A stretch of DNA of 63,791 nucleotides, filler included, from Octopus bimaculoides (GCF_001194135.2; 6 parts of 5 records of this genome joined end to end with filler, not necessarily neighbours in it), one strand, 5' to 3'; numbered from the whole stretch's first letter, positions 1-12,365 are shown. Translations and numbers: made by a program. The notes: generated from the sequence alone by a model not told the origin.

Positions 1-252
1 CACGGCTAAACCTAAACTGTCCTCCCCTCTTTTTACACGAGAACATTACTGTGTGATACACGATCCCTATTGATTGGCCTTTCCTTTTTTTTTTCGATCC
101 CTTTTGATCGAACTCCCCCTTTTCCCCTTCCTATGATCCCTTTTGATCGACCCCTCCCCCTTTTATTTTCTTCCTTCCCCCTCCCAAAAAGAAAAGCTCT
201 ACATTGTATTTGTCCCATCTTTGTTGAGCTCTGTGTGGCTAATAAAAGAAAT
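1..252 (+). mobile_element. Probable 3' end (3' UTR) of a non-LTR retroelement
   Basis: Pyrimidine-rich tract with short GATCCCTTTTGATCGA repeats, ending in ...TGTGTGGCTAATAAAAGAAAT and followed directly by (CTAT)n. Class inferred; no coding sequence in view. Confidence 0.45.
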
Positions 253-254
253 GT

Positions 255-475
255 ATCTATCTATCTATCCATCTATCTATCTATCTATCTATCTGTTTGA
301 ATCTATCTATCTGTCTGTACCTATCTACTTGACTGTCTGTCTGTCTGTCTGTCTCTCTCTCTGTCTTCAAGTACATAAGCAGGGCCATAATACAGAGGAG
401 GGCTATAATACAGTAAAGTTTATATAGCAGTAGTGGCAGTAGCGTTCGCAATAGTCGCAGCAGCAGCAGCGGCGC

Positions 476-539
<64 letters not shown>

Positions 540-864
540 GGTGGTGGTANNNNNNNNNNGGTGGTGGTGGTGGTAGTAGTGGTGGTGGTGGTGGTGGTGG
601 TGATGATGGTGGTAGTAGTAGTAGGAGTACAACTGCTACTATTACTGCTGTTAAGGAATCTAAGTTGAAGTTAAGGAATTTTAACAAATATTGACATAGG
701 TAAGTGATTAACGGACTGGGAGCTAGATTGCAGGTGAAGAAAATATACTAATTAGAAAAGATAGGAATATACAAAACTGTTGCGAAAGAAGAAAATATAT
801 TGTTATTGCTGTAGTTGTTGTTGCTGTTGCTACCATAATTCTACCATTACTGCTGCTGCTGCGG

Positions 865-920
<56 letters not shown>

Positions 921-940
921 GCCACTGCTGCCGCGCTGCT
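255..940. repeat. Microsatellite block: (CTAT)n/(CTGT)n, (AGT)n/(GGT)n, (ACT)n
   Basis: Directly visible tandem repeats; they explain the low-complexity ORFs at 143-1016. Confidence 0.95.
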
Positions 941-1162
941 GCATAGCATCTCGAACCTTACGAAAATGGTACGGAGCAACTTACAAAAGGACACAAAGAC
1001 CAAAAGTTACGTGTAATTGTAGTCATCGAACTTGTCAAGGAGTTTGCCAAGTGCCAAATCACAAAAGTCTCAGTCCCTAAATTATTTTCTATCTTTTGAC
1101 GATTCATAAGAACATATATACTCGTGTTTTGAGTACTGTTTTCGGGTTTGCATCACCAAACC

Positions 1163-1201
<39 letters not shown>

Positions 1202-1253
1202 GTATATACGTGTGACTGGGTGAATGTGTGTGAGCTTGTATGTAATGTATATA

Positions 1254-1894
1254 CAGCGTGCGATGGGTAAATTGTCGCCAGTTTATATTTTTTATTTCGC
1301 GTATGCGTCTTGTTTGTTTTTGATTTTGTCGACTACATAGTATACTAGGGTCACCTGGGCGCCGTGCGTGTGAAAAACAGCACTACGCCGCAATTCCTTC
1401 TGTGAAAAATTTAGAAAAGACGTGCTGTATTACTTGGCATTCGCGCCGGAAGCTCCAATACTAACATTTCAGTGAGTTTGGGTGTCATTATGAGTGCTAG
1501 CCGTGTCCCCAAAACATGTTCTGAGAGTGATAAAAATCAAGCATCCAATCAACATCATGGTGTTTGGAGAGATCACTAATAATGGCGACGTTACGCTTCC
1601 ATTCATCCTCCCACACGGCCTCAGATTCAACACTGAGGAGTACATCAAATGCCTGGAGGAAGTAGTGCTGCACTGGGTCAAAAGGGCGGCGGCTGCTGGA
1701 AGAACCTATATCTGGCAACAGGTCTCTGCACCATGCCACACAAGCAGAAGAACCCAGTCATGGCTGTCAGACAATTTCTGTGACAGCATCACCTCTAATA
1801 TCTGGCCAGCTAACTCGCCAGGCTGCAATCTCCTTGATTATTATGTGTGGTGCGCAGTTGAGCGAGAGACCAACAAAACTCCTTGCAACACCAA
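1254..1894 (+). mobile_element. Tc1/mariner DD37D (maT-type) transposon remnant, internally deleted and 3' truncated
   Basis: Starts TA|CAGCGTG. ORF 1494-1907 has WQQ(V)SAPCHT...WPANSPGCNLLDYYVW, with 37 residues between the second catalytic position (GAC mutated to GTC at 1722) and the third D. Confidence 0.85.
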
Positions 1895-2657
1895 TAGTGT
1901 TCAATAATATTGAAATCTGGGGCCTGTGGTGGCCAGATAAGATGTTCAACTTCACTAGAATGTACTTCGTACCATTCAGTAACGACTTTAGCTGTTTGGA
2001 TTGGTGCATTATCATCCTGAAAGATTGTGTTTCCCTCCGGAAACAGTTCCGCAGTCATAAGATGAATTTGATCTGATAAAATGCTTAAATAGTTTTGACT
2101 ATAACTTCTGCCATGAAGGGAAACCATTGAGCTGGCGGATTTCGAAGATATAGCCGCCCCACCAGTTCATCATATGTCATCCTCCATGTTTAACATTTGG
2201 AAGAAGACAGTCTGAATCAAATGCTTCTTTTCGCTGTCTCCATACGTATACTCAGCTGGTGGTCGGAAATAAGGTAAAGGATGACTTGTCCGAGAAAATA
2301 ACATTATTCCACTGCTGTAGGGACTAATTCTGTAGGTTTATTTTACACCACTCTACATGCTTTGCAACGTTTGTTTTTGAAAATAGTGGTTTTCTGATTG
2401 CAGCCCTTCCACGATATCCGGCTTTGTGCAGCTCCCAGCAAACAGTTTTTGTGGAAACTGGGTTCTCATGATGGCCACAAAGCTCTGCAGCAATTTTGGG
2501 ATCTGTACTTTTGTGATCCTTTCTAACAATTCGCTTAAGAGTCCAACAGTCCCTATCTGAAAATTTTGTTTTTCTCCTGGACTTTTATTTTGACGAGAAG
2601 TTTTTTCCCTCTTTCTCATGATGCTAGGTGTTTCCATTATTTTGTTCAACCGCCGTA
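1895..2657 (-). mobile_element. Tc1-like transposase pseudogene with D36E spacing (DD36E, Incomer-like)
   Basis: Frameshifted minus-strand translation gives GYRGRAAIRKPL (linker), WNNVIFSDKSSF (first D) and FQDDNAPIQTAKVVTEWYEVHSSEVEHLIWPPQAPDFNIIEHYW (36 aa between D and E). The 5' part runs into an N gap. Confidence 0.88.
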
Positions 2658-3086
2658 TNNNNNNNNNNNNNNNNNNNNNNNNNNNNNNNNNNNNNNNNNN
2701 NNNNNNNNNNNNNNNNNNNNNNNNNNNNNNNNNNNNNNNNNNNNNNNNNNNNNNNNNNNNNNNNNNNNNNNNNNNNNNNNNNNNNNNNNNNNNNNNNNNN
2801 NNNNNNNNNNNNNNNNNNNNNNNNNNNNNNNNNNNNNNNNNNNNNNNNNNNNNNNNNNNNNNNNNNNNNNNNNNNNNNNNNNNNNNNNNNNNNNNNNNNN
2901 NNNNNNNNNNNNNNNNNNNNNNNNNNNNNNNNNNNNNNNNNNNNNNNNNNNNNNNNNNNNNNNNNNNNNNNNNNNNNNNNNNNNNNNNNNNNNNNNNNNN
3001 NNNNNNNNNNNNNNNNNNNNNNNNNNNNNNNNNNNNNNNNNNNNNNNNNNNNNNNNNNNNNNNNNNNNNNNNNNNNNNNNNNNNNN

Positions 3087-3157
<71 letters not shown>

Positions 3158-3654
3158 CAAACAGACACACATATATGCTTGCAAGTCTGTATTTGTATAC
3201 ACCATTTCGATATGTATATGTACGTACATGCTCAAATAAAAGTATGCAATGATATGGAAGACTTCCTTCTTCAGCAGTTAATAGAATAACTGCGTATCTA
3301 AATGCTGGCCTTCCCTGACAGATCGCCATGTACGCGGTGTTTAGGCACATACACACACAACATAGTTTCAATCACGTAAACAAGAAATATTTCAAGAAAT
3401 TGTAATACTATACGTTCCAATTATACAAGTGTGTGTGTGTATGTATGTCTATACATATATATGCGTGTATATACATATATGACTTAATGTATCCATATAT
3501 ACACATACACATATACACACTGTATTTAGTCATATACATAGAATTACATATGTAAATTAATGAAAGGATTTATACATATAGAACCATACAGGCACACGCA
3601 CTGTGTGTAAGCGTGCAAAAATACAACTACGCACTTAATGTATATGTGTGTGTT

Positions 3655-3691
<37 letters not shown>

Positions 3692-3855
3692 CGTGTATCA
3701 ATGCATATATATATATATAGAAAATTATAATGTATATAAATATATTGACGCATATACATGTGTGTGTCTCTATACACACACACATACATATATATGTATG
3801 TATATGTATATGTATATATATATATGTATGTATATAATGTATATATCTATATATA

Positions 3856-3887
<32 letters not shown>

Positions 3888-4142
3888 NNNNNNNNNNNNN
3901 NNNNNNNNNNNNNNNNNNNNNNNNNNNNNNNNNNNNNNNNNNNNNNNNNNNNNNNNNNNNNNNNNNNNNNNNNNNNNNNNNNNNNNNNNNNNNNNNNNNN
4001 NNNNNNNNNNNNNNNNNNNNNNNNNNNNNNNNNNNNNNNNNNNNNNNNNNNNNNNNNNNNNNNNNNNNNNNNNNNNNNNNNNNNNNNNNNNNNNNNNNNN
4101 NNNNNNNNNNNNNNNNNNNNNNNNNNNNNATATATGTATATA

Positions 4143-7100
4143 CCTGGTCAGGTCGCTCTTGAGTGCTACTGGTAACATGCAATCCAGCACAACCTGTTGT
4201 ATGGTCGGGTCATCGCCGACTAAACTGGCAACGGCACCACACTTGCTTGGTGAGGGGGTTGTTTGTTGGACACATCGCGGGATGAAAAGGAAGACCCGTC
4301 AAGGTGGAGGAACTCTTGTGCAATCAACGGCCATCCAACAAATCATCCTGGACAAGATCTGAAACTGAATCCGATGACAATGGGCATTGCCTTGAGGAAA
4401 GTGGAGCTAACTCTTAATTTGTCATTACTCCCAGGTCCGCCCTGGTCCGGAGCGGTAGCACATGTTCGGCCTAGGAGAAGGACAAAACTCCGAATATAAA
4501 ACCATTCAGGACAGTAAGTCCTTTAGCTAGAAAGCGACATATTCCCTAGGTGATGATAACACCAATCTAAAATGCGTTTGACTTCAACACGTCGGTGCTT
4601 CCCATGATTCGGGGTCTGCGGCATGATGTTGCAGCGCTGTATGGAGCCAGTCATTTTGGTTTACTCCATGCCAACGGATAACTCCATGCTGTGCCAACTT
4701 AGTGGGCCACGGATTGTGCAACCGTTTCTCCACTGTAAACTTCCTAGCGCAATTTTTTCCTACATCGTCTACGATTATGTTTCAGAGTCTTGTGGCGATG
4801 AGCGTTGAATGGCAGGGGCAGGCATAGGCTGGCTGAAAGCCCTTAGTTGTGCGCTTGCACACAGGCGGTCTCAGCAAGATGGTCGTTTGTTTTCCCGGAC
4901 GAGCAGCCGAGACTCTTGCTCCTACTAAGATGACTGAGCAGCCTTCTTCAGGGATTGCGCTGCTTACCCCAAGATGAAGCGGGGCCTAGAAAATGTGGCG
5001 TAAGAGACGCTTGCTCACACACCTAATCTGGATAGATAACCGCGTCCGTCGGAATTTCTTTCAAATGCAGTCGAAACATTAAAAGTAAAATTCAACCTCT
5101 CAATGTTGCAGCCTGGAATGTCGGCACTTTACTGGTTGACACCAACACCTCTCGTTCCAATTGCTGCACTGCCCTCGTTGCGGCGGAACTCCAACTCTAC
5201 AACATCGACGTTGCCGCCTTCGTGGAAACTAGATTCCTTGCGGAGAGGTCCATTTGCGGAGACTGCGGAGGGATACACTTTTTTCTGGAAAGGTAACCCT
5301 GCTGGCTCCGCCCACCCACATGTATGGTATTGCTTTTGCTGTTAGATCAGGTTTGGCCCCCATCACTAACTGAGTCACCAGTTGGCATCGGTGAACGGCC
5401 CATGACAATACCCATCCACTAACTCATGGCCGTTAGGTTACACTGCGTAATGCTTATACATTAATTCTCACAGACGAAGAGGACAAAGATGCCTTCTACG
5501 CTTGCTTGCGTGTTGCCCTGCAGCGCTTTCCACGTGAAGACAAAGTCTTGCTTTTAGGTGACTTTAACACGAGAGTGGGTTAAAACTATCGTATTTGGCA
5601 TGGTATTCTCGGTAGGCACGGTACTGAAAACACCAACTCAAACGGCCTCCGCTTCCTCGAACTTTGTTTTGAAGTTTGCCTTTATATCACAAACTCGATG
5701 TTCCAACTTGCTGAGAAGCACAAAACAACACGGATGCGCCCCAGATCCGAGCACTGGCACCTGATTGACTATGCCATCACAAGCAGGTCGGACCTGCAGA
5801 GTGTGGAAATCACCAGAGTTATGTGCGGTGCCAACTGCTGGACTGACCATCGCTTGGTCTGATGCTGGCTACACTAGCGAATTTGTCCTCCAATCCGTAA
5901 GCTAGAGCTGAAGCAGAAGTTAAATGTTGGAACCCTGCAATCGCGTGAAGTTCGCCAGAAACTGACAGTAACACTGGAACAAAAGTTTGCCGAACTCCCT
6001 GATGGCGAGACTCGACCAACTGATGGATAAACTCTGATGTCAGAGAGGGATATCCTTTCAATCACTATCGCTAACGCTGCCAAAGATATACTTGGTGTTC
6101 TGAATAGACGTCATCAGGACTGGTTTGATGACAACTTGATGGAAATCCACTCACTCCTACGGGAGAAGTATGTTGCGCATAACAGACATCTCCGCCAACC
6201 AACATCAGTCAACCACAGACATTGGGCAAGCCTCCGCTCTGAGATCTAGCGAAAGCTTAGAACCATGCAGATCAACTGGTGGAAGACTAAAGCACATGAT
6301 AGCAAGGCTATGCTGACACAAACAACATCCAAGGTTTCTACGAATCCATAAAGACCGCATACGGCCCAATTAGAGAATCCTCCTGCCTTGTATAGAACGA
6401 TACTTCAGCATCACTTATCAAGGACCGAGATGGCATTTTGTCAAGATGAGCTGAACATTTCAACACCCTCCTCAACCGTAGAAACCCCATAGACCATTCT
6501 TTTCTTGAAAATATCCCTTCACTACCACCCATCGATTGCCTAAATGATATACCAACCTTTCGAGAAATTGAATCTGTGATAAATGGCCTCAATTTTAACA
6601 AGGCATTCGGCATTGTCTATCTGCTAGCCGAGATCTTTAGGTATGGCGGCCGGACCCTGAAGACCTGCATCCATGCTTTCATCTTTAGAGCATGGACTTC
6701 TCACTGCGTGCCCCAACAATGGAAAGATGCCAACATTGTTGCCATGTACACAAACAAAGGTGACAGAGCAGTCTGTGGAAATAGCCGAAATCTCCTTGCA
6801 TTCGGTTTCTGGTAAGGTCCTTGCTCGAGTCCTACTATCATGCCTTCTGAGGCATGTTGCCGATGTTGTACTGCCAGAAACCCAATGTAGTTTCCGAAGC
6901 GCCAGCTCGACTGTTGACATGATCTTTGTCACACGTCTTCTCCAGAAGAAATGTCGCGAGCAAACCCAATCCTTTTACATGGCTTTTATAGACTTAACCA
7001 AAGCCTTCGATACAACTGATCGTAATGTTTTGTGAGAAATCCTGACAAAATTTGGCTGTCAACCAAATTTTCTGATCATTCTGAAGGACTTCCACAACGA

Positions 7101-8337
7101 AATGATGGCCAAAGTCGTATATAATGGCGCCCAGGCTAACTTATTTCTGGTCCAAGTCGGTGTTGACACCGACTTGGCAAGCATGCGTACTTGCCTAGGT
7201 TATCTTCAACTTCTACATGGCAGCCATAGACCTTCACGCCAGGCATTCATTGAAGCTGAGGGATGCAATAACTAACAGGTACCGGCCGGATGGCAGTATT
7301 TTCAATCTGAGGCGCCTGAAATCTGTAACGAAAACGTCATCTGAACACATCTTCGAGTTCCAATATGCAAATGATACAGCACGTGTCAGCCATAGCTCTG
7401 CTGGCCTTCAAAGGTTCTTAGACCACATGTCAGATGCATACGACAATGCTGGTGTAGTCATCAATAACAAATTAATGGAAATCCTCCGACAGCCTTGTGT
7501 CCCCGACACCAAACCATGCACCTTCCATGATGAAGATGCAACAATTGTTAATGTTAACCAATTCACGTACCTTGGCTCAGTCCTCAACAACACCCTTGAT
7601 CTGACAGACGATATTCAGCGCAGTATTCGTCTTGCCTCTGCTGCGTTTGGTCGGCTAAGTGCACGCGTCCTTCTGGGACAAAATCCTTAACATCAGAACA
7701 AGAGTGGGAGTCTACAATTCTGTTTGTGTATCAATCTTGCTATATGGCTGCGAGTCAAGATACTCAAACGGTTTCTCGCCTTCAACGACTCCTTCGTTTA
7801 CACTGGTGAAACAGGATCCCTCATGGTGAGGTGCGGGGCCGAACAAAGATACAGTTATTGGAGTTAACAATCGCTAACCGCCAACACAGATGGGCTGGGC
7901 GTGTCATTCGAATGTCTTCAAATCGATTGCCCCACCTTGTTATGTACAGCGAAGTTGAAGATGGAATACGCTCTGTTGGTGGCCAGCACAAGAGATGTAC
8001 AGATCACCTGAAGGCACCGCTCAAAACATTTCATATCACTCGCGACAGTCTCGAATCAATGTTTGTAGATCGCACTAGCTGGCTCGACACATACAAAATT
8101 GGCACTATCAAACTCCATGAAGATCTACTACAGAGTGAAGTGGCACGCCGAGCTCAGCGTCACCTGCAGAACCCTGTAAATCACCAGCAAAAAGGCTTTG
8201 CATGCTGCAGCTGCGGGCGTATCTGTCTGTCCGGAATATGATTTCATAGTCATCAGATGTCGCATAACGACAAATGACGTTTGGTAAAAGCACTCATCAC
8301 TCCGCAATGGTGACGAGATAATGATGATGATGATGAT
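4143..8337 (+). mobile_element. Near full-length RTE-clade LINE (BovB/RTE-like), disrupted by stops and frameshifts
   Basis: About 0.9 kb leader. APE start LNVAAWNV at ~5098. RT motifs LPETQC.FR...STVDMIF...YMAFIDLTKAFD and YRPDGSIFNLRRLK...QYAND. C-terminal CxxC-x12-HxxxH (stop inside, 8203-8265). 3' stem-loop then (GAT)n tail. Confidence 0.95.
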
Positions 8338-8352
8338 GTATATATATACGTG

Positions 8353-8395
<43 letters not shown>

Positions 8396-8429
8396 CTATG
8401 TATACAAGAATAAGGGCAGGGAATCGTCA

Positions 8430-8529
8430 NNNNNNNNNNNNNNNNNNNNNNNNNNNNNNNNNNNNNNNNNNNNTTAATTAATTAANNNNNNNNNNNNNNN
8501 NNNNNNNNNNNNNNNNNNNNNNNNNNNNN
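8430..8529. other. Assembly spacer N44-TTAATTAATTAA-N44 (the same linker sits at 15568, 39560, 41781 and 61268)
   Basis: 100-bp gap token whose linker places stops in all six frames; artefact. Confidence 0.95.
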
Positions 8530-8560
<31 letters not shown>

Positions 8561-9387
8561 TATATAAGAGGTGTCTGTATTCATGTCCGTGTGTGTTTTG
8601 TCCCTTCATGTACCGTAGTCCGATAACTTGAGGAGTTCAACAAATAAGTGGTGAGAAAATTTGAAGCTGAGTGAAATATGTTGCGAAGATCGTAAGATCG
8701 CCTGCCCCCGTCTAGTCACAATCCAAAGCCCGAAACCAATAGATAATGAAACAATGGGTAATGAGAGGAAGGGAGTGCCAAATATTGTAGCATGCCAAAC
8801 TTAATGATGTTTCGGTTACAATATTTACTGAAACGAAAATTTCAACAAAATATATTTTTTCTTCGCTGTTGTACGATAATTTATCATTCGTTGTTTGGCA
8901 ATACACCAACGTCATAATGCCTTTGTTGATTATTCTGCCAAATTTTAGGATCATCAAAGTAAGATTTAGTTTTCGCCTGGCCTCGTCTGGCCCGGACAGT
9001 TTCCTCAGCTAAGCCTTATTGAAAATGTATAGCAGATCATACAGTCATAATGTCGAAATTAATAACTTTTAAAAGCAAATAAATAGCCTTTTATTTTGTT
9101 TTTGGCAGTTCTGGAACAACTCTATTAATTATAATCCACATTAAAGAAATATTTGCTGGACAATGTAATTAAATGGAGTAAAAATATGAATAACATCAAA
9201 ATATATGAGGTACATTCAAATTAAAGTTTAGCTGTGGAAAAACGATTACGAAAATTATAAAATGAATGTTGTCTACAATATGGTTTTATATAATTAATAC
9301 AATACATTAAGTTTCAAAACTAAGCATTTGTTTTAAAGTCAAGAACATTCCTTATAATAATAATAGCACCAACAACAGCAATAACAG

Positions 9388-9468
<81 letters not shown>

Positions 9469-9470
<2 letters not shown>

Positions 9471-9680
9471 GTTTCAAATTTTGCCACAAAGGCAGCCGTT
9501 TTGCGGGAGAGAATTGTCGATTACATCGACCCCAGTGTTTCACTGGTCCTCAATTCATCGATCCTGAAAGGATGAAAGGCAAAGTCAATCTCAGCGGAAT
9601 TTGAACTCAGTGCATATGGACGGACGAAATACCGCTAAGCATTTTGCCCGGGGAGCAAACGATTTTGTCAGCTAACTACC
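9469..9680 (-). mobile_element. SINE-B (tRNA-derived, ~210 bp)
   Basis: The minus strand carries an A-box-like and B-box-like (GAGTTCA..TTCC) head, a central GCCTTTCATCCTTTC...GATGTAATCGAC domain and an (ATT)n tail. Confidence 0.85.
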
Positions 9681-10289
9681 TTGATAATCTCATATATAAT
9701 TAAAAAAAACAAAAAACAATGCGTGTCTTGTCGGTCATACTGGTATAAAATGTCTAAAAAAAGAAAAGGAGGGCGAGTGAGTGTAGTGAGAGACGCTAAA
9801 TGCAAGCGGACTGTAGTAAAGAATTTTGTCCTGAAGTCGCTATGAAAACTTTTATCGTAGATTATGTCTACTTCAACAAGATCACTTACATACCCACATA
9901 TATATAAAAATGTATGAACGTATGAAATTAAATATTACACTTGTTTGTTTTCGAAATATCACTCACGGAACATATATATATANNNNNNNNNNNNNNNNNN
10001 NNNNNNNNNNNNNNNNNNNNNNNNNNNNNNNNNNNNNNNNNNNNNNNNNNNNNNNNNNNNNNNNNNNNNNNNNNNNNNNNNNNNNTATATATATGTATAT
10101 ATATGGATGTATATATATATGTGTGTGTGTGTGTATGTTATATTTGGAGATGGTCATTTTTTTTTTGCCAATTAACCACACACACACACGTGCATACACA
10201 GACGTATGTATATATATGCACATGCATTGTTGTATATATTATTATGCGTGTGTATGTATGCGTGAATGTATGTATGTAGGTATATTTCT

Positions 10290-10527
10290 ATTTCTTTATT
10301 GCCCACTAAACATAGAGGGGCTAAACATAGAGGGGACAAACAAGGACAGACAAAGAGATTAAGTCGATTACATCGACCCCAGTGCGTAACTAGTATTCGT
10401 TTAATCGACCCCGAAAGTATGAAAGGCAAATTCGACCTCGGCGGAATTTGAACTCAGAACGTAGCGATAGACGCAATACCGATAAGCATTTCGCCCGGTG
10501 TGCTAACGTTTCTGCCAGCTCGCTGCC
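10290..10527 (-). mobile_element. SINE-B, subfamily with a distinct ...GGGCAATAAAGAAATA tail
   Basis: Same head and core as 9469-9680 but a different 3' tail, which contains a 15-bp tandem duplication. Confidence 0.85.
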
Positions 10528-10599
10528 CTCTAAATGTAAGTAGGTAGGTAGGTAGGTAGGTAGGTAGGTGCATGTACGTGTGTATATATATATAATTAA

Positions 10600-10990
10600 T
10601 TAATTCAATAATAGGATAAAATCTTTTACAAGAATTTTATCAAGTAGCTAGCGTGAAAAAACTCATAAGGGAAAACTCCATCATTTATTCCCTAGAATAT
10701 ATTTATTTATATTTATATAAGTGCATTGCTATAGAAGAATGCCTCACGCTAAACTACCATAATAAACACATTTTTACCGAACGCGAAGAAATGCAACTCT
10801 CAAAAACTGGCCTCTTAAAAACAGACTGAACTATATATCGAACGATTTCATGATTATTACAACAATATGTAACTTTCGATCATCAGCATATTATGGTCAA
10901 AATATATAAAAATATACAAAAGATTCAACATACTAAAACGAACACCCATGTAGCCAGCATAAAGTTACCCATGACAGAAACAATGTTCTT
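10600..10990 (-). mobile_element. Penelope-like element 3'/pseudo-LTR remnant
   Basis: Degenerate C-terminal coding similarity followed by a minimal hammerhead motif, an arrangement established for PLEs. Confidence 0.55.
10831..10892 (-). ncRNA. Type I minimal hammerhead ribozyme motif
   Basis: Minus strand reads UAUG CUGAUGA UCGAAAGUUACA UAUUGU UGUAAUAAUCAU GAAA UCG UU CGA UA UAUA. Core CUGAUGA and GAAA intact; helix III AUCG/CGAU; AUA triplet; 4-bp helix I. Confidence 0.7.
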
Positions 10991-11139
10991 AGCTCAACAG
11001 CAGATAAAGTTTGTTCTTGACATTTATTTGAAGATATAGCAAAAGCTGAGTTTTATTGGAAATCGTTGCTTTTTAAATACGGAATGTATTTCTGTCAGAC
11101 GTAATCTAGGGCATTCTGGGTGTAAATGGAGGATCTTTT

Positions 11140-11690
11140 CCTGTTTGGCTGCCACTTTTCAATTTATTCAATTTTTGCTCCAGTTGATTTCATACTTATT
11201 GCATTGGTGTAGTTTTGTATAGTAATCATTAACATGAAATTCATTTTCGCCATAAATAAATAAATAAAGTATTAATAGCTTTTAAAGTTTGCAAATTTGG
11301 GGTAATTTTAACCAATCGAAAGCTACAGACATAGAGGTGCCTGTTTCCATCGTAACAAGCAAAGCTATTGCCACGTGATCATTTTTCGCTTATTAAAACA
11401 CGAGATATGAGATGGTCATGAGATGTGCTAAAAATAATAGCTAAATAGGTCTTAAATCACGCACCAATTTTTTTTGTTTTTGCATATTTGTATCAATTCA
11501 CGTGCATAGAATACAAATTCGCAAAAATTTTCTGAAGATTCAAAAAAATAACCAAAAAGTTATGAGGGATTATATGGCGTGCGTAAAGCAGACTTCTGCT
11601 AATATTTCATTTGACTACGGTCGCATGGCTGAAACGAGTAAAATATTAAAAGAGTTAACAACAAGTGCAGTCACGCACAAAATGACAGCC
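11140..11690. repeat. Unclassified interspersed repeat, related in inverted orientation to ~21950-22110
   Basis: The reverse complement of 11290-11320 (GATTGGTTAAAATTACCCCAAATTTGCAAACTTTAA) matches 21960-21995 (GATTGGCTAAAATTATCCAAATTTCCCAACTTTAA). Probably a non-autonomous DNA element. Confidence 0.4.
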
Positions 11691-11982
11691 TAAGTGAATC
11701 TTTTCCATTAAATAACCAGTCAAAATTGCAATATGAGGCAATATTGTATATCTTCAGTGCGAACACTTCTCGAAAACTCTACAACAAATATGATGATGTC
11801 GATCAAACATACTCAAGCTTCTAATATTCTGTCTTTATTTTCTTTCTTATTCAATGTGTCCTTTAGTTTTTAAAGATGGCAACGTGACATTCAGGAAGAT
11901 TTGATAGTTATTTCTAGCAGGTCGAGTGACTACTTGGAGACCTTCTTATTAAACTTAAATGTATGTGTATATCTCCATACAT

Positions 11983-12027
<45 letters not shown>

Positions 12028-12139
12028 TATAGATATACACACACTCATACATTCAAACATACAGTTTTCTTTAGTTGTCGTCTGCTCATTGAGTGTTAGC
12101 ATGTATTGTATGTGTGAGTGTTTGTGCGTGTGTGTGTGT

Positions 12140-12184
12140 CTGTGTGTGTGTGTAAGTGTGAGCGTGTGAGAAAGAGAGAGAGAG

Positions 12185-12227
<43 letters not shown>

Positions 12228-12286
12228 CTGAGTGAGCGAGTGAGTGAGTGAGAGAAAAGAAGAGTAAGACAAAGAATAAAGCAGAG

Positions 12287-12326
<40 letters not shown>

Positions 12327-12365
12327 TTAAAAGTGAGAGAGAGAGAGAGAAAAGAAAGACGAGAG
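12140..12365. repeat. Polypurine microsatellite block (AG)n/(AAAG)n/(GAGT)n
   Basis: Direct observation. Confidence 0.9.

Noticed and set aside
4147-4232. Complete HDV-like ribozyme at the RTE 5' end
   Set aside because: A P4-like hairpin and CUAA are present and a partial P1 can be drawn, but no P2 complement adjacent to P3 and no correct P1.1 spacing; kept only as a lead.
8235-8260. CTGATGA...GAAA pairs at 8.25 kb (minus), 32.87 kb, 46.85 kb and 47.10 kb
   Set aside because: No helix II or III can form; they lie in coding remnants or GAT repeats.
8474-8485. Perfect TTAATTAATTAA repeated five times in the window
   Set aside because: Always embedded in N runs (44+12+44 = 100 bp where counted); an assembly linker, not biology.
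8946-8955. Micro-exon candidates (TAG|GATCATCAAA|GTAAG; also 42026-42053)
   Set aside because: Such motifs arise by chance in AT-rich DNA, and the phases do not give a convincing chain.
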